From positions 62,001-126,000 of the forward strand of contig NW_026515702.1 of NCBI RefSeq assembly GCF_025526975.1: a stretch of 64,000 nt of DNA, in the 5' to 3' direction. A model generated the notes under the pieces. The model ran no database searches. It was not told where the DNA came from and saw nothing but the letters and a program-made list of their open reading frames with translations. This document shows, one piece after another, positions 48,156-60,948 of the stretch. Numbering within the stretch: the first letter of the stretch is position 1; each line of letters opens with the position of its first letter. Source of the stretch: Fimicolochytrium jonesii (taxonomy: Eukaryota). Position numbers and translations under genes: made by a program.

Positions 48156-49752
48156 TCATATCCACCACCCCCACAGCGCCCTCGCAGCCAAAAAGCCGGC
48201 CGTCAGCGTCGCGAGCAGGGCAAGGAAATCGGTGGCGCGCGGGCGGGGTTTGATTATATGTTGGCGGTGGTCGCGTAGCTTGGGTTGTTGTGACGTGTGC
48301 GTGGGTGTGAGACCGGCCGAGGTTGTGTGGTCCGGAGAGGCGGCGGTGTGAGAAGAGGCGGCGGCATTCGCATTCGTCGTCGGCTCGTCAACATCGTCCC
48401 CGCCAAACCGCCCATCCCGATAAAACGCGCTCATGAGCCTATCCTTCCTCAAGAACCTCTTCCGTAGCCATTCGCCGAACCGTTTCGCCTGTTCCTCCTC
48501 CTCCACCTCCGTAATCTCCCCGTCTGCCTTTTCAAACCCCGGTAACCCGGCTACCCTAACCCTCTCCACATGCACATGCACCCTTTCCGGCCCCCTGGCC
48601 TCAAAGAACACCCGACTCAAACTATAAACCTCATACGGCGTCTGACTCGCTGTCAACCCTTCATACCCAATCGTCACATCATAAAGATACTCACATCCGG
48701 GCTGCAGATTGCGTAAGCAGAAGAACAAACCGGTGGATTTGGGGATCAAAACGTGTTGCGGGTCGTCAGGTAGATCCATCTTTTTGGCGTACGCGCGCGA
48801 TTTGGATTTCGTATCGTCGGTGATGACGGTTCCCTCCGGGAAGATGACGAGCCAGAGTGGGAGGGCGTCGCGGGAGGCGCGGTGGAGGATGGTGGAGAGG
48901 GTGGATTTGTCGAGGGACCATTTGCGTGCGAGGAAGATGAATTCGAAAAATTGCATGCCCCATCCTAAAAATAGAGGAGGGAGGGTGTGTGAGTGGGGCG
49001 GGTGGTCTTTAACGACGATATCCTGATCTGAAGTGGGTGGTGGGATGAACAACAATACCCTGCTCGCTCCGCTCGCGAACCTTACCAAAGACGGGAAAAT
49101 ACTTCAAGCTCTTCTTCAAGATGATCTTCAAGGACCCATGAGCCCCACAACTCCAAGCGACAATCCAAAGCCACCACCAATCCGAATAGATCTGATGATT
49201 CGCCATGATGACCTTCATCTCGGGAATCGCGCCACCCCTCTCCTCACTCAGTGCCTCCCACTCGCCCGTGACAACAATCTCCACCCTCCCCGTAAAAACC
49301 CAGGTCAGGAGCACGATCAATTCCCCAAAAAGTTTCTGAGTCCACTGCATATACTGTCGATAGACTCTTCGCGAGATGGGATGAAGGATGAGACCCGGGA
49401 ACTGGAGGAGGTTGATTGAAGCGGAGGCGGAGTCCATGAGGAGGACGAAGGAAAAGGTGCGGAGGTAGTAAGTTGCGTAGGAGGCGAGGAAGGAGGGGAG
49501 GGTGCGGAGGGTGAGGGGGTCGTGTTGTTGATGGAGGGCGGAAGTTGAGGTTGGGGTTGGGAGAGATTCGGGAAAGGCTGTGGAGTTCTTCAGGGGGTGG
49601 GTGGTTTCGGTGGTCGTGTGAACGTCGTCGTTTGCGTTGGATGAGAGGGAGTGGGAGTGGGAGTGGGCGTTGGGATAGGAGTTTGGAGGAGGGGCGTCGT
49701 CGCCGCCTGCGGTTGTCGGATCTCCTCTTGCGGTGTTGTCTCTGCGCGACAT
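48156..49752 (-). CDS. Lysophospholipid acyltransferase, LCLAT1/Cst26 (AGPAT) family
   Basis: Exons 49752-49086 and 48964-48156; IMANHQIYSDW, LKIILKKSLKYFPVFG|WGM, FIFLARKW, IFPEGT, YDVTIGY. Confidence 0.93.
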
Positions 49753-50848
49753 AGTATGTGTGGTGGCGGTGGCGGGCAGGGAGAGGGAGTGCAGGGAGGG
49801 GAGGTCGCTCAGTGAGTGAATGAGTGAATGGGTGAGTGAGTGCGCTGTCCGTTGCCAATGCCCGGTCGTTTGCTGGTTGGTCTGTTGGGGGGGATGAGGA
49901 AGTTCCCAGCGCCAGTTGTGCGAGACGGAGACAGACAGTTGTTGGGGGAGGGAGCGACTGTCAGAATCCAACTGGCATGCGCAGAGGGAGCTACTATATC
50001 CACTCCCCCTTGCCCTTCATCACACAAGGCATATGCTTGCTCCCTCACTTCATATTCATGCTCCGTTCGCTTATTCCGCCTCGTACCCATGCGCACGGAT
50101 AGGTACTACGCCACTTGCACTTGGTTTATTGAGATATGGGAGAGGATACAGATTGGAAACGTCATTTCTACAACTAGGACTGACTATGCGTTTGGAAGCT
50201 ACCTTGTTCGAAGTGATGCGCGACTACGATTTTGTCGATGGTGCTTCTCATCCCTGCGTCCATGGCGGAGACTATGCTGCGATATCGGCCTGCGTGAGAC
50301 CTACGTAGTTTCCCTTTCCGTTCTTTCTTGCTTGTTGCGTTGCTTTCTTCGTTTCCCTTTCTTGCTTTGCTTTCCAATAAAAATGACTCGCTGCACTACG
50401 GGAGACTTGCACCATCACACTTCTCGCAACCCCTTGCTCTCTTCTGTCAACCGCTTGTACAGTATATACAGGAAGCTTTCGCTCCCCCAAAAGGGAATAT
50501 GGAGAAGAGGAGGGGAAGGGAAGAAAAGTGAATATCCTGTCAGTCGATGAGTCGCGCGATCCTGTCAAAAGAACACTCTTCTCCCGCGTCTCCCCCCCTT
50601 GCGACTCGGCCTACAGCACTCCTACTGAGGCCAACGTCTCATTTAAGTGGAGTCACTCCAAATCGTGGGAACCCGGTCATATCCGTCACATGCGTCAGCC
50701 AAAAAAATGTGGAGGAGTCGCCGCGCCGCAAAATGCTGGACGGAGGCTTCGAAGGTGGGACTATAAAAAGGACGTGTGATGCTGTAAACGACGGGGACCA
50801 GGACGCCCCGATATCGAGAGATACTCAGGGAGAGCAAGACAATAGAAC

Positions 50849-53800
50849 ATGACGGTCGACCACACCCCGCAGCCCAAGTGCCGGATATCCAAGACGTACC
50901 AGGGCTACGTAGCCCGTATCGTCTTCCCCGAGCCATCCACATCCTCCCTCACCAACGCCCCACGAAAAGATGCAACAAAACCCACCCTCCTCCCAAGCCC
51001 CATCCTCATCATCGACACCTCCCTCTCCATGTCCCACCACGCCGCCCGCCTCATTCGTCAGATCCTCTCCACAACATTAACCCGACTGGGCTACCCATCC
51101 ACCACGGACGTGCACATCCTCACCTTCGAAACCACCACACACCACTCGCTCCTCCTCCTGTTCTCCCTCCCAACCTTCCCACATTTCGGCCAAGGCAGCA
51201 CCTACATGGCCCACGTTGCTCGTGCCCATCCTCACCGCCGCCGAAAAAAACACCAGTTCGAGTTATATGATACTTACGGTGAGCGATGGGGATGTATTCG
51301 ACCAGGAGCGCACACTGCACAATGCAGGTGCGCTGGTCGAGGTGCGGGATCCGTTCGCACGCGGTGGGGTTCATCACGTTTCGAGATGGGCTGCCGGACA
51401 CGAGGGCGTTGAGCAGTTTGCTGCAGTTGGATAATTCGGGGGGGGGGGGGGGGGGGGGGAGCGAGGTGAGTGTGCGGGATATGATGTGCGGGTGGGAGGA
51501 TGAGAGGATCGTTCGGGAGATTGTCCAGGCGGTTGGAGGCGCAAGAGGGGTTGGGATGGGTGTGCTTGTTGTGGAGGGGGCGAGGGTGCGGAGGTGGCCG
51601 TGGGAGGCTGTTGGGGACGCGGAGTGTATGGTGAAGCCGGAGGGCGAGGAGGTTGTGTGGTTGGATGCGGTACCCACGAGGATGACCGTCGGGGGTGTGG
51701 AAGTAGCGGTGGAGGTTGCGGATTCCGTCATGGACCGCGCGGGGTACGAGATGGCGTTGGGAAGACAGATCGAGGCGTTCCTGCAGCGTGCGCGGGTGTT
51801 GAAGGTCGTCGACACCGAGGCGTCCCAGCAGCAGCTGCAGAAGATGTTGGCCTATTTCGACGAGTTGGACCGGGCGTGGTTCGCCAGCGAAGAGAAAATG
51901 GCTGCCGAGAAGGAGAGTGAGAGGGGTGAGCAGCAGGTGAAGGAGCCATTAACCCCCCTGGCGACCCGCTCGCAACGTCTCCGCCGCCTGCTCACCAAGA
52001 CCATCGGCAACCGCCTCGCATCCGTCGTCAACGACACTCGCGTGGGTGCCATGAACGCGGCCCAGCAAGCCGACTACCTACGCACCGTCAGCGTCACCAA
52101 GACCACAAAGGGGCTCGCCAAACGTGGCGCTACTTCCTCATCGTCCTCCTCCACATCAACAACCGCATTCGACTTTGACACCATCGCCCGCGCGGAAGTC
52201 CGCGCCATGCACGCCCACATCGCCTCCCTATCCTCCATCGACGACTCCCACCACGCCGTCTCCTTCTACTCCCGCGCAACCACCCTCGACGGCATCCGCA
52301 CCGTCGCCTCCCTCGCCGACGCCCCCGAATGCCTCGACACAGCCACCACCCCGCAGATCCTCGAACTCTTCAACATCGTCGGCGTCCCCTGCGCCGCGCC
52401 CGTGGGGGACTACCCGGACCCAATGACCTACCGCATCCACGAGATATTCCCCGTGTGCATGGTCAGTCTTGCCGACGTACTGACCTACAATTTGGAGTCC
52501 GGCGGCGAGGACCTACCTGACACCCGCGACGAGCAAAAGAATCGATAACGTCGTCCCGGTGTACGAGGACGCGCGGATCGTCGCGTTTCTTCGGAACCAT
52601 GCCCCGACGCTGTGCTCGTATCTCGCCAGCGTCGGCATGCGGCGGATGGGTCGTCGACGTGCCCAAGACAGGGGCATCTACCCTGCTCGGCGGAGTGTGG
52701 AAGCTGCTGGAGACCCCGGGCGGCAGCGGCGGGGGGGAGACGTCCTCGGTGGTTGCACGGCTGTTCCTGGACATGGTCGCCCAACTCCCCGCGTGCGTCG
52801 GCCCCGCGTTCGCACATACCCTCCCGCTGCTCACCCACCCCAACACCGACGCGCGCGTGGCGTACCATACGCTGCATAACGGGGCCACCCACATGCTGGT
52901 CGCGCTGCTCCACGGGATCCGGGAGGGGGTCCCGTTCGACATGGCCAAGATGCTGCGCGCGCTGTACGCCTTCGAGGTGTGGCAGGCTGTCCGCAAACGG
53001 TACCGCCACACAGAGGGGCGAGGCCGAGCGGATGGTCCACCGGTACTGGGGGCGTCGACTTTGCCCACGTGGAGGATCCCGCTGACCCCCGCTGTTTGAC
53101 ACCCGACACGCCCGCCCGACGACATCGTGGTGGAGGCGACGACGTGGCCGACGGCGGTTTCGCAGCGGTTTGTGAGCGAGATGTGCCGCCCGGTGCCCGT
53201 ACTGTACGTCGACGTGACGACCTACGTCCCCGCCTTATTCGCCATCGCCGTCTCCCCAACGCTCTCCACCCAAGATCGCGGCGTTCAAACACCTGCCCAC
53301 GCCATTGGACGACACCCACAAGACGCGCGCGCTGGGGGTCAGCGATCTGCACACGTTCAGGGAGACGATGCTGCTGCAGGCCCTCGTGTACACGACCAAG
53401 AAGAGCCGGGTGGACGAACCCACCCATCTCCCCATCCTCGCGGACCCGGGGCACGAGGCCGAGCCCACCGCGCTCGCACACACGACGTTACGGCGCGTCT
53501 ACCTCCGGCGATACAAGCTCGATCTGCAGGCCAAAGCCGCCGCGGAGGACATAGTGCTGATGCGGGAACGGGCCGCGGCGGTGATGGACCCACCCACGAT
53601 GGATGACTTTGTGCGTGTGGTGTCGCAGGGTGTGGCACGAGGCCCGCGACGGTGTGTGCTGGGCAGCGCGAGTTGGGGGCATCGTGTATGCATCGCTCTT
53701 CCCAAGCACGCCCACGCGGCCGGTGATGTGCCCACGCGCAGAAACTGGAGTGGTTCATCACCGGTGGGGCTGGCGTAGGAGCGGCGGAGACAACGACGAC

Positions 53801-54176
53801 GACGACGACGACGACGACAACAACAGCAAAATGGAACAGGGGCAACATGCTCACCCCCTTCCGCCGCAAACTCTGGTATGCGATCTTCGAGACCCTGGAG
53901 GGTGGCGAGCAAGTTTGGAGGTATGTGAGGAAGATGCAGCGGCGGGAGAGGGTGCATCGGTATCGGGGCCTGCAGACCGTCAGCGGTGATGGGGAGGAGA
54001 GCGACATTGGGAAGCGGAATCGACACGGCCATGGGAATGATTTGCCGAGCTATTGGGCGATGGGGTTTGCGACGATGGAGGTGATGAAGGCGCGCGTGGA
54101 TGCGGCGGCGTGGGAGGCGTATCGGAGGGAGCATTGGAGGTGTTGTGGGTTTGTTGGGGGGGAGTTTATTGGATAG
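50849..54176 (+). pseudogene. Large VWA-domain protein gene, apparently intronless, with about 7 frame changes
   Basis: MIDAS-like IIDTSLSM, GQGSTYM, ILTVSDG; later blocks AAQQADYLR, DYPDPMTYRI and NRHGHGNDLPSYWAMG..HWRCCG, spread over ORFs 50849, 51216, 51286, 52559, 52599, 53127, 53305 and 53847. Confidence 0.7.
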
Positions 54177-54639
54177 TTGATGGCTTTCGTTGTAGTATAG
54201 AGCTGGATTATGTAGTGCATTCCCTTCGCCTTTCGTAAGAATATGAGAAGAACATGGGGTTTCTCCAACATCGAAGGAGAGTGGGGGGAGAGTTCCCTAT
54301 TCCAATGTATGCGGCTAAAAGCGTATGTCTTGTTTGTTGTTTGAGAGGGATTCCGGGCATTAGAGCATGCACATACATAGGCTCCATATCAGGCACATTC
54401 CATATGTGGCACTCTGTGAGAGGTGACGGAGAACCAGAGGGAACAGAACGACAAATACGACGTTCGATTTCCTGAGAGCAGAGAGAAAACAAAGAGCCGA
54501 GCACCTCCTTCAGAAACATAATTTACGACTCAACGAGAGCGGCCTCTCAGAGTGATTCTTGAATACATCCCCCTTGCTACATGCTATGCTATATACACCC
54601 TAACTCCTCCAAATCATCCCACCCCCATCTCAGCCCCCC

Positions 54640-55964
54640 TCAAACCCCCTTCACCAACGTCCCCATCATCACGCCATGAATCTGACTACACGCATCGACA
54701 CACACCTCCAACGCCCTGACCGTATTCGCCGTCGTCGTCTCCCCGCTCTGAATCACATGCGTCACCTCGTTCAGCGACGGCATGTACGAAAGTACCAGTG
54801 AGCCCGCCGTGTGCGGTTCTTCGGCGTCCGTGGGGTCCAGCAACACCGTTGTATCCACATATGCCTATCATACAAAACATGAATCAATTGAGGTATGCGA
54901 AAACGGAGAGGTATGGTTCTTTTCTGACGTACAGCAGCACACGCAGCAACGGCATCCAGCATCTCGATCCCAGCATCGGCCAGCGCGAGGGAGGCGCAGG
55001 TGATGGCGGCGGCGAGACAGGCTGCCGAGCCGTCGGATTCGAGGACTTGGACGAAGATGTCGATGGAGGATTTGGGGAGGAGGTCGAGACGGACGGCGGG
55101 GGAGAGGGCTTGGTCGAGGATGAGGGAGTATTCGCGTTCTTGGGCGTCCTATTCGCAACCATGATTGTGAGTAGGGGTGGGGGGATGGACATGCGGTATG
55201 ATACATGTACGGAACCTTCATAAACCCCTTCCGCTTCCCCAACGCAAACGGCGAGAACTTGAAGTCGCAGTTCAGCGCGCCTTGGGTTGATACCTTGCTT
55301 TTGGAAGTTTGCCGGGGCCCGTATCTACATGGATTCCCATATTGACCCTCGTCAGCCGCCGTTCTTTCGATGGCACCCACCGATAGTACTACTTTGAGTC
55401 CCGCACTCACACTCCACAAGCAACCTTCAACTTCCCCGCCTCCAAATACGCACTCCCGTTCGCTTGTTTGCCGATCCCCGTCTTCATAACTGTGCGAAAT
55501 AAAAGGTCCGATCAGCACCCCGCCACAACCCATCACCCAAGCATTCCAACCCTTCACTCAACGCCAGCCCCCAGCCCACTTCCACTCCTCCCCGCCCCGC
55601 TCTCATTCACGCAGTCAACTCACAAACAGGCCGTATCCGGTCCCCATTCCGCCCGTCCTTCCTCCGCTCCGGGTCAAACACCACCGCCGTTTCGGCATTT
55701 GCGAGTAAGGGTACGACGGATTTTTCGGGGCCCTGTTTTAGGGAGGAGAAGGTGAGGGGAGCATGAGTTTGTGAGATGGTTGTGGGAAGGGGGAGTGTGG
55801 TAGGTGTGATTTCTTTGGTGATCGATGCGGGCATGGGAATGAGTGATGGTAGGTCTTTGACGGCCAAGACCGTTTTACAAGGCGGGCTGGAAGTGACCTA
55901 AGCTGGGGATCAGTGAGGGACGGACACTATGGTAGCGTACCTGGACTCTCTTCCTGTCTGCCAT
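54640..55964 (-). CDS. MTR3: Exosome RNase PH-like subunit Mtr3/EXOSC6, multi-exon
   Basis: MADRKRVQ|GPEKS..RKDGR..IRPVF; YGPRQ; FKFSPFA; LDLLPKSSIDIFVQVLESDG..AAAITCASLALADAGIEMLD; LLDPT..E. Confidence 0.92.
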
Positions 55965-56487
55965 TCTGTGCTCGTGTGTGTGGTGTTGCTGTCCCAAAAG
56001 GCCTTCCGACTTCAAGTGTGGAGTCTATTAGACGTCGCCCCCTAGTCCCCTCGCAGCCCTCGCGCGTTTCCTTTTTCTCGCGGGGGCCCTGCGGGATCAA
56101 GCACTCCGCTCTACTATTGTACTTTCTGCACATCCTCCATCCCCCAATCTCATTCCACCCACCCATATATATACACACACCCGGCCCGTTCCTTCCCATC
56201 CATGCCGGTCTGTTTTACAATCTCCCCAAATGTATCCAGTGAATCCGGTCTCCCATAATCCGGCGGTCCCTACGACCCAATGCCTCCCATATCGCATGAT
56301 TAGCCATTGCCTCCTTCCACTATTCTCTCATCGCAACCCATACGCTCCGCTGCGTTCCCGCGTGCATCCAAAAAAAAATGCGTGCCTTCGAACCCGGCAC
56401 CTCCCTCCCCGATGCCCCATTCCCATACGCAACCCTCACCCCACTTCTCCCACCGGCACAAAACAAAACCCCTCGCACGTCCCCCAT

Positions 56488-57516
56488 CTACGAAACAAGG
56501 GCAGCAGCCCTCGGTGCCACCGCGACGCCCGTCTCCAGTTTCGTCACCCATCTATCAATCAACCTACACAGGAAGAAGCCAACCCCCCATCAGCCTCGTT
56601 CGTGCCAGTCGGATGATAAAGATGACGATGCAGACGTACCGCAGATTCCGCCACGTAGGCCGGTAGATATTCGCAATCAGCCCGCCGACGAAGGGGATCA
56701 GGCCTAGGGCGCCGCCGAGGACCATGTCTGGGGTAACAGAGAGAAAGTGTTATGACTTTTGAGGGACGAAAACGGGGGGGAAGGTGTGACGACGGGACTT
56801 ACTGAACATCATCTTCGGCACGACGTCCGGGGGCAAGTTTGGGACTTGGGTTGCTAATACGAGTGGGTAGAACTAGCGAAAAAAAAAAGCACATATCAAC
56901 AAACAAGGAGACGGGAGATGGGTGAACTATGATTTAGTTTTTTACGCACGGCAACAGTAGCGGTGATAGCGGCCCCGACGAAGGGCACGAGGCCGATGAG
57001 CGTGCTTAGCCCGATGCGCACGCGGATGTAGGGGATGCGGAAGATGGTCTCGAGGTAGCGCACGGGGACTTTGTAGAGGTTTAGACGGTAGCGGACTTGC
57101 TGTGGGGGATGAGAGTATATTTTAGCTCCATTGGGGGTTGGCGGCGATTTGATGCGAGGATCCATGTTGCGGTGACGGCTGATGCAGCCATACGGTTGTG
57201 CTGCCCTCAACAGTTTCTCATTCAGCCCAATCGGGCTCGCCCCCGACTTCCAATCTTCACACCCTCTTCTACATTTCTCGAAACCCACCTCCAAACTTAA
57301 CGGCGTAAAAACCCCCCTCAACACCCCCATCACAACCCTCACACCCCCTGCATACACCTTCCGCACGAGCCCGAGGGTGTATGCGATGAAGCGGTAGACG
57401 CGGCCGGTGGTGTAGATCACGCCGTGGCGGGGTTGTTGTTGGGAGATGACGGCGGCGGAGGAGGAGGCGGTGAGGGAGGGGCCGGTGCAGTAAAGGGGGC
57501 GGTGGAGGAGGAACAT
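56488..57516 (-). CDS. DUF4112-like membrane protein, multi-exon
   Basis: YLETIFRIPYIRVRIGLSTLIGLVPFVG..KMMF|NMVL..LGLIPFVG..IYRPTWRNLR; start uncertain (ATG 57516 or 57165). Confidence 0.7.
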
Positions 57517-57846
57517 GCTGTTGTGTGAGTGGCGGGGGTTGGCGTGAGATGGGGGTTTGGGATGCGTGTGAAGACGGAGCGCCCTTCTCGCCCTTTCGGT
57601 CTCCTTTGGGAACTGCCAGCAACTGGCGGAGGTCTCGGAACAGCTGCAGGGCAACATCCCCCCAGACCCATCCCCATCTGCCGCCCTCCACAGTCATCCC
57701 CCGTCCAGACCACAAGCAGCTTCTCTCAAGTGGCCCATCGTCAACAAAATACTCCCCAACACAAACAGACGCAGCAACACTCCCCAACGCGCCCAAGATC
57801 ATCTCACATCCCACTCAGGAACACATCCCCAATCGCCATCCCCATA

Positions 57847-58768
57847 ATGTCACTCCTGCCCCGCCTCACCCGTGCCTCGCCGAGGGGTTCATATCCATGC
57901 AGCAGGGTGAGTAAAGGGTCGCATATCCCCGCACGACTCCGCCCTCGCCTTCATAACCAACGGTCGGGGCCGTTTCACACCCCGTCGCTAACCCTCCTCC
58001 CTTTTTGTTTCCTTCCGATAGACTTTCTCAACCACGCCCCATACATCATCCCCCCCCTCATCCCCACGTAAAATCTCCCCTCTTTCACCTCCCCTCCAAC
58101 CCCGTCTAAAAACCCCCGTCTCCCCCCAGCAACCCCGACCCTCAACCGCATAACGCTGCACGCCCGCCTCGGCGCCGACGCAACCCTCCACCCGCCGCCC
58201 ACACCCACCTCCACGCACCACCGGATCACCTTCCCCCTCGGTTTGCGCCAGAGTCGCAGGGACAAGCACACGGGGGAATGGCAAACGGATCTAAAGTGGT
58301 GTAACGTCGCTGTTATCGCGCGGGTCGGGAGGAATGGAGCTCAGTGGGGGGAGTTGCGGAAGGGGTGCGTTGACTGTCTATGCTTCAATGGGAAGGGGGG
58401 TGGATGTGTACGTCCGATCGGGGGGCCTGACGCATTCTGGGTGGGGGGTTGTGTTTTCTTTTATAGGGCGTATGCGCTCGTGGAAGGCAAGATCAGCTAC
58501 TACATCACGAACGACGGGGTGATGAAGACCGAGATCAAGTGTTGGGGAGGTAAGAAAACAAACAAAAAGCCCGGACAGCCACATCGCCCCTGTATCACCC
58601 CCCCCCCCCCCCCCCTTTTGCTGTTTGTGATTTTTCTATTGTTTGGCTGATACTTACGGGCATGTTTTTTTTCCCCCCGGTTTAGATGATGTGAGGGTGA
58701 CGCGCCGCGCGGAGGAGACGACGTGGCGGCCGAGGGTGGAGGAGGGTGGGGAGGGAACGGGCGGGTAG
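57847..58768 (+). CDS. Mitochondrial single-stranded DNA-binding protein-like (SSB/Rim1 family), 5 exons
   Basis: Exons 57847-57906, 58022-58067, 58130-58364, 58467-58549, 58686-58768, all phase-compatible. Presequence MSLLPRLTRASPR..SRTFSTT; LNRITLHARLGAD..GEWQTDLKWCNVAV..LRKGAYALVEGKISYY..DG..KTEI. Confidence 0.8.
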
Positions 58769-59447
58769 CGTGACGGAGGAGAGGTTGGGGCCGTCGGATG
58801 GGGGGCCGTCGGGGGACGAAGCATCCAGCTGCGGATAGCTGAGAAGCATGCGATGTAGAGAGGTGCGGATTCTGCGAAGGGGTATCCGCAGAATGTGCGA
58901 CTGGTGGGAAATCCACACCACCATACATGCGTACATACGTTGTGGGAAGGGAGAGAATGATGTGCTGAATGCACCCGGGATATGTATGTATGGGTATGGG
59001 TGTACAGGAAGATTGGGGGGATATACAGTACGTCGAAGTGGACCCACCGGCTGCGTATGGAAAGCTATGAGGAGACAGCGGTGCGTGCATGTGCGGTTTT
59101 TGATGGTGGGAGTGTTTTGCATATACATCGGTGGAGTGTACTGTAATGACATCGGCGGGGTGTCCGCATACACCCGCTGCGTACCACCAAAGTCGCCACA
59201 CCACAGGCACGAACACAATAACTTCATCGAATCACTCGCATGTACTATTAAATAAGGAAAAAAAGGAGGTCCATATATACAACACAAGAAGTGGGAGGAG
59301 TAGGCGGGTTAAAACTTGTATGTAACAGTCTCGCGGGGGAGGGGGGGGGGGGGGGGGGGCAGCGGCCGGCCGTGCCAGATGGTGTGTGCGGAGAGGGGGG
59401 GTATGTGCGATGTAGTAGGAGTAGTAGTCTACCGTCCGAATAAGTGA

Positions 59448-60948
59448 TCAGTGGGTCTTATCGACAGCCTGCCCCGAATGCGCGACACCGACATCCCTCC
59501 GCGTCGTCGCATTCTCATGCATCTTTTCCGACTTTGCGCGCAGTTTGATGTAGACGAGCCACGCCGCCACGGCGACCCAGTACAGGCAGTACGCCGACAC
59601 GCTCCCCTCGGTGCCGACATTATTCCACCCCACGATGGCCTTGAAGATCGTCCACCCTTTCTCCTTGGGCTTACAGCAGTCGAGGTACCACACCGCGTGG
59701 TTGATGTTCACCAGGATCGCGTCGCCCTCGTCGCCGCTTCCGGAGGGGAACCAGAGGGATTTTTGGAAGGCGTTGATTTCAAACAGCAGCACGCCGTTGG
59801 CGAAGAGACCGGCGGCGATGATCAGCAGGAGCATGGTGGAGGCGAGGAAGAAGTAGTGGAGGCTCATGCGGTTCCCGCCGACGTAGATGGAGTAGCCGAC
59901 CAGGCCGCCGGTGAGGATACCTGTGATGGCAGCCAGGGGGAGGGCGCGCCATTCCTCGTTGAACCCGATCCCGCCCATGAAGATGACGGCCTCGATGCCT
60001 TCGCGGAGGATGGTGATGAAGGGGATGAAGAAGAGGGCGTACTTTTCGCGGGTGATTTGGGAGAGGAAGGTGAGTTTGAGCGCGCGTTTTTCGTTCGATG
60101 TGGGGGTGACCGGGCGGGCGGTGAGTTCGGTGGGCAGGGTGGTGGTGGTGGACGAAGAGTCGACGCGGAGTTCGTCGTGGTGGGTACCCTCGACGTCGGA
60201 GTAGGCGGGGAGGTGGGAGCCGGGGAGGGTGGATTTCGGGGCGACGTTCGTGTGCCCGACGAGCTTCCGGCGCCATTTCTCTTTGGCGTCGGATTTGGAG
60301 GATTTGAGCATGACCACCCCGACGACGGTGATGAGGAAGGAGGCGATGACGGCGAGGGTTGCTTCCCAAACGAATTCGTGTTTCTCCCAGATGTTGTTCT
60401 TGAGGACCCAGTAGACGGAGATGACGATGGCTGCGATGATGAGTGTGAGGAGGAGACCGAGTCCTGTTCCAAGCCAGACCTAGATTACGCGGGGGAATGG
60501 AGAGAGTGTGAGTGGATGTGTTCAACAACGATGATCACCAACATCAACCTTCAACATCCCATCAACCGTCAACGAGATTATTAGAACTCGCGGAGCGAGG
60601 TTCCTCATCTCTCGGGCTCCCATCACAAATCAGAAAGCGTTTCGCTCTGGTCGACTTATCGGTCTCCCAGACCGAACCAACCCTGCACCTCGCTTCGCTC
60701 GTTGCAGTACCACACCCGCGCTCTCGAACCTCAAGCGTTCCTCGCTACGCTCGGTTCCCAATCCCACATCCCACTTCCCACTTGCGACTTTGCGAATCGC
60801 TTACCTGCTTCCTCAACCTCCTATAAGTGACCAGATCATCGGCAAACATCTGGTGACACCAAGAGAGCAGGACCCCAATCACGATAGCTGCCTCCGTTGT
60901 CTCCCTGAAGAGGACAAAGTAGGTGGGGATGGAGAATACTGAGCCCAT
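59448..60948 (-). CDS. FTR1: High-affinity iron permease Ftr1
   Basis: Exons 60948-60805 and 60479-59448; two RExxE motifs (FRETTEA, LREGIEA); multiple hydrophobic segments; GWNN. Confidence 0.96.

Noticed and set aside
59451..60584. 377-aa plus-strand ORF
   Set aside because: Antisense shadow of FTR1 caused by codon bias.
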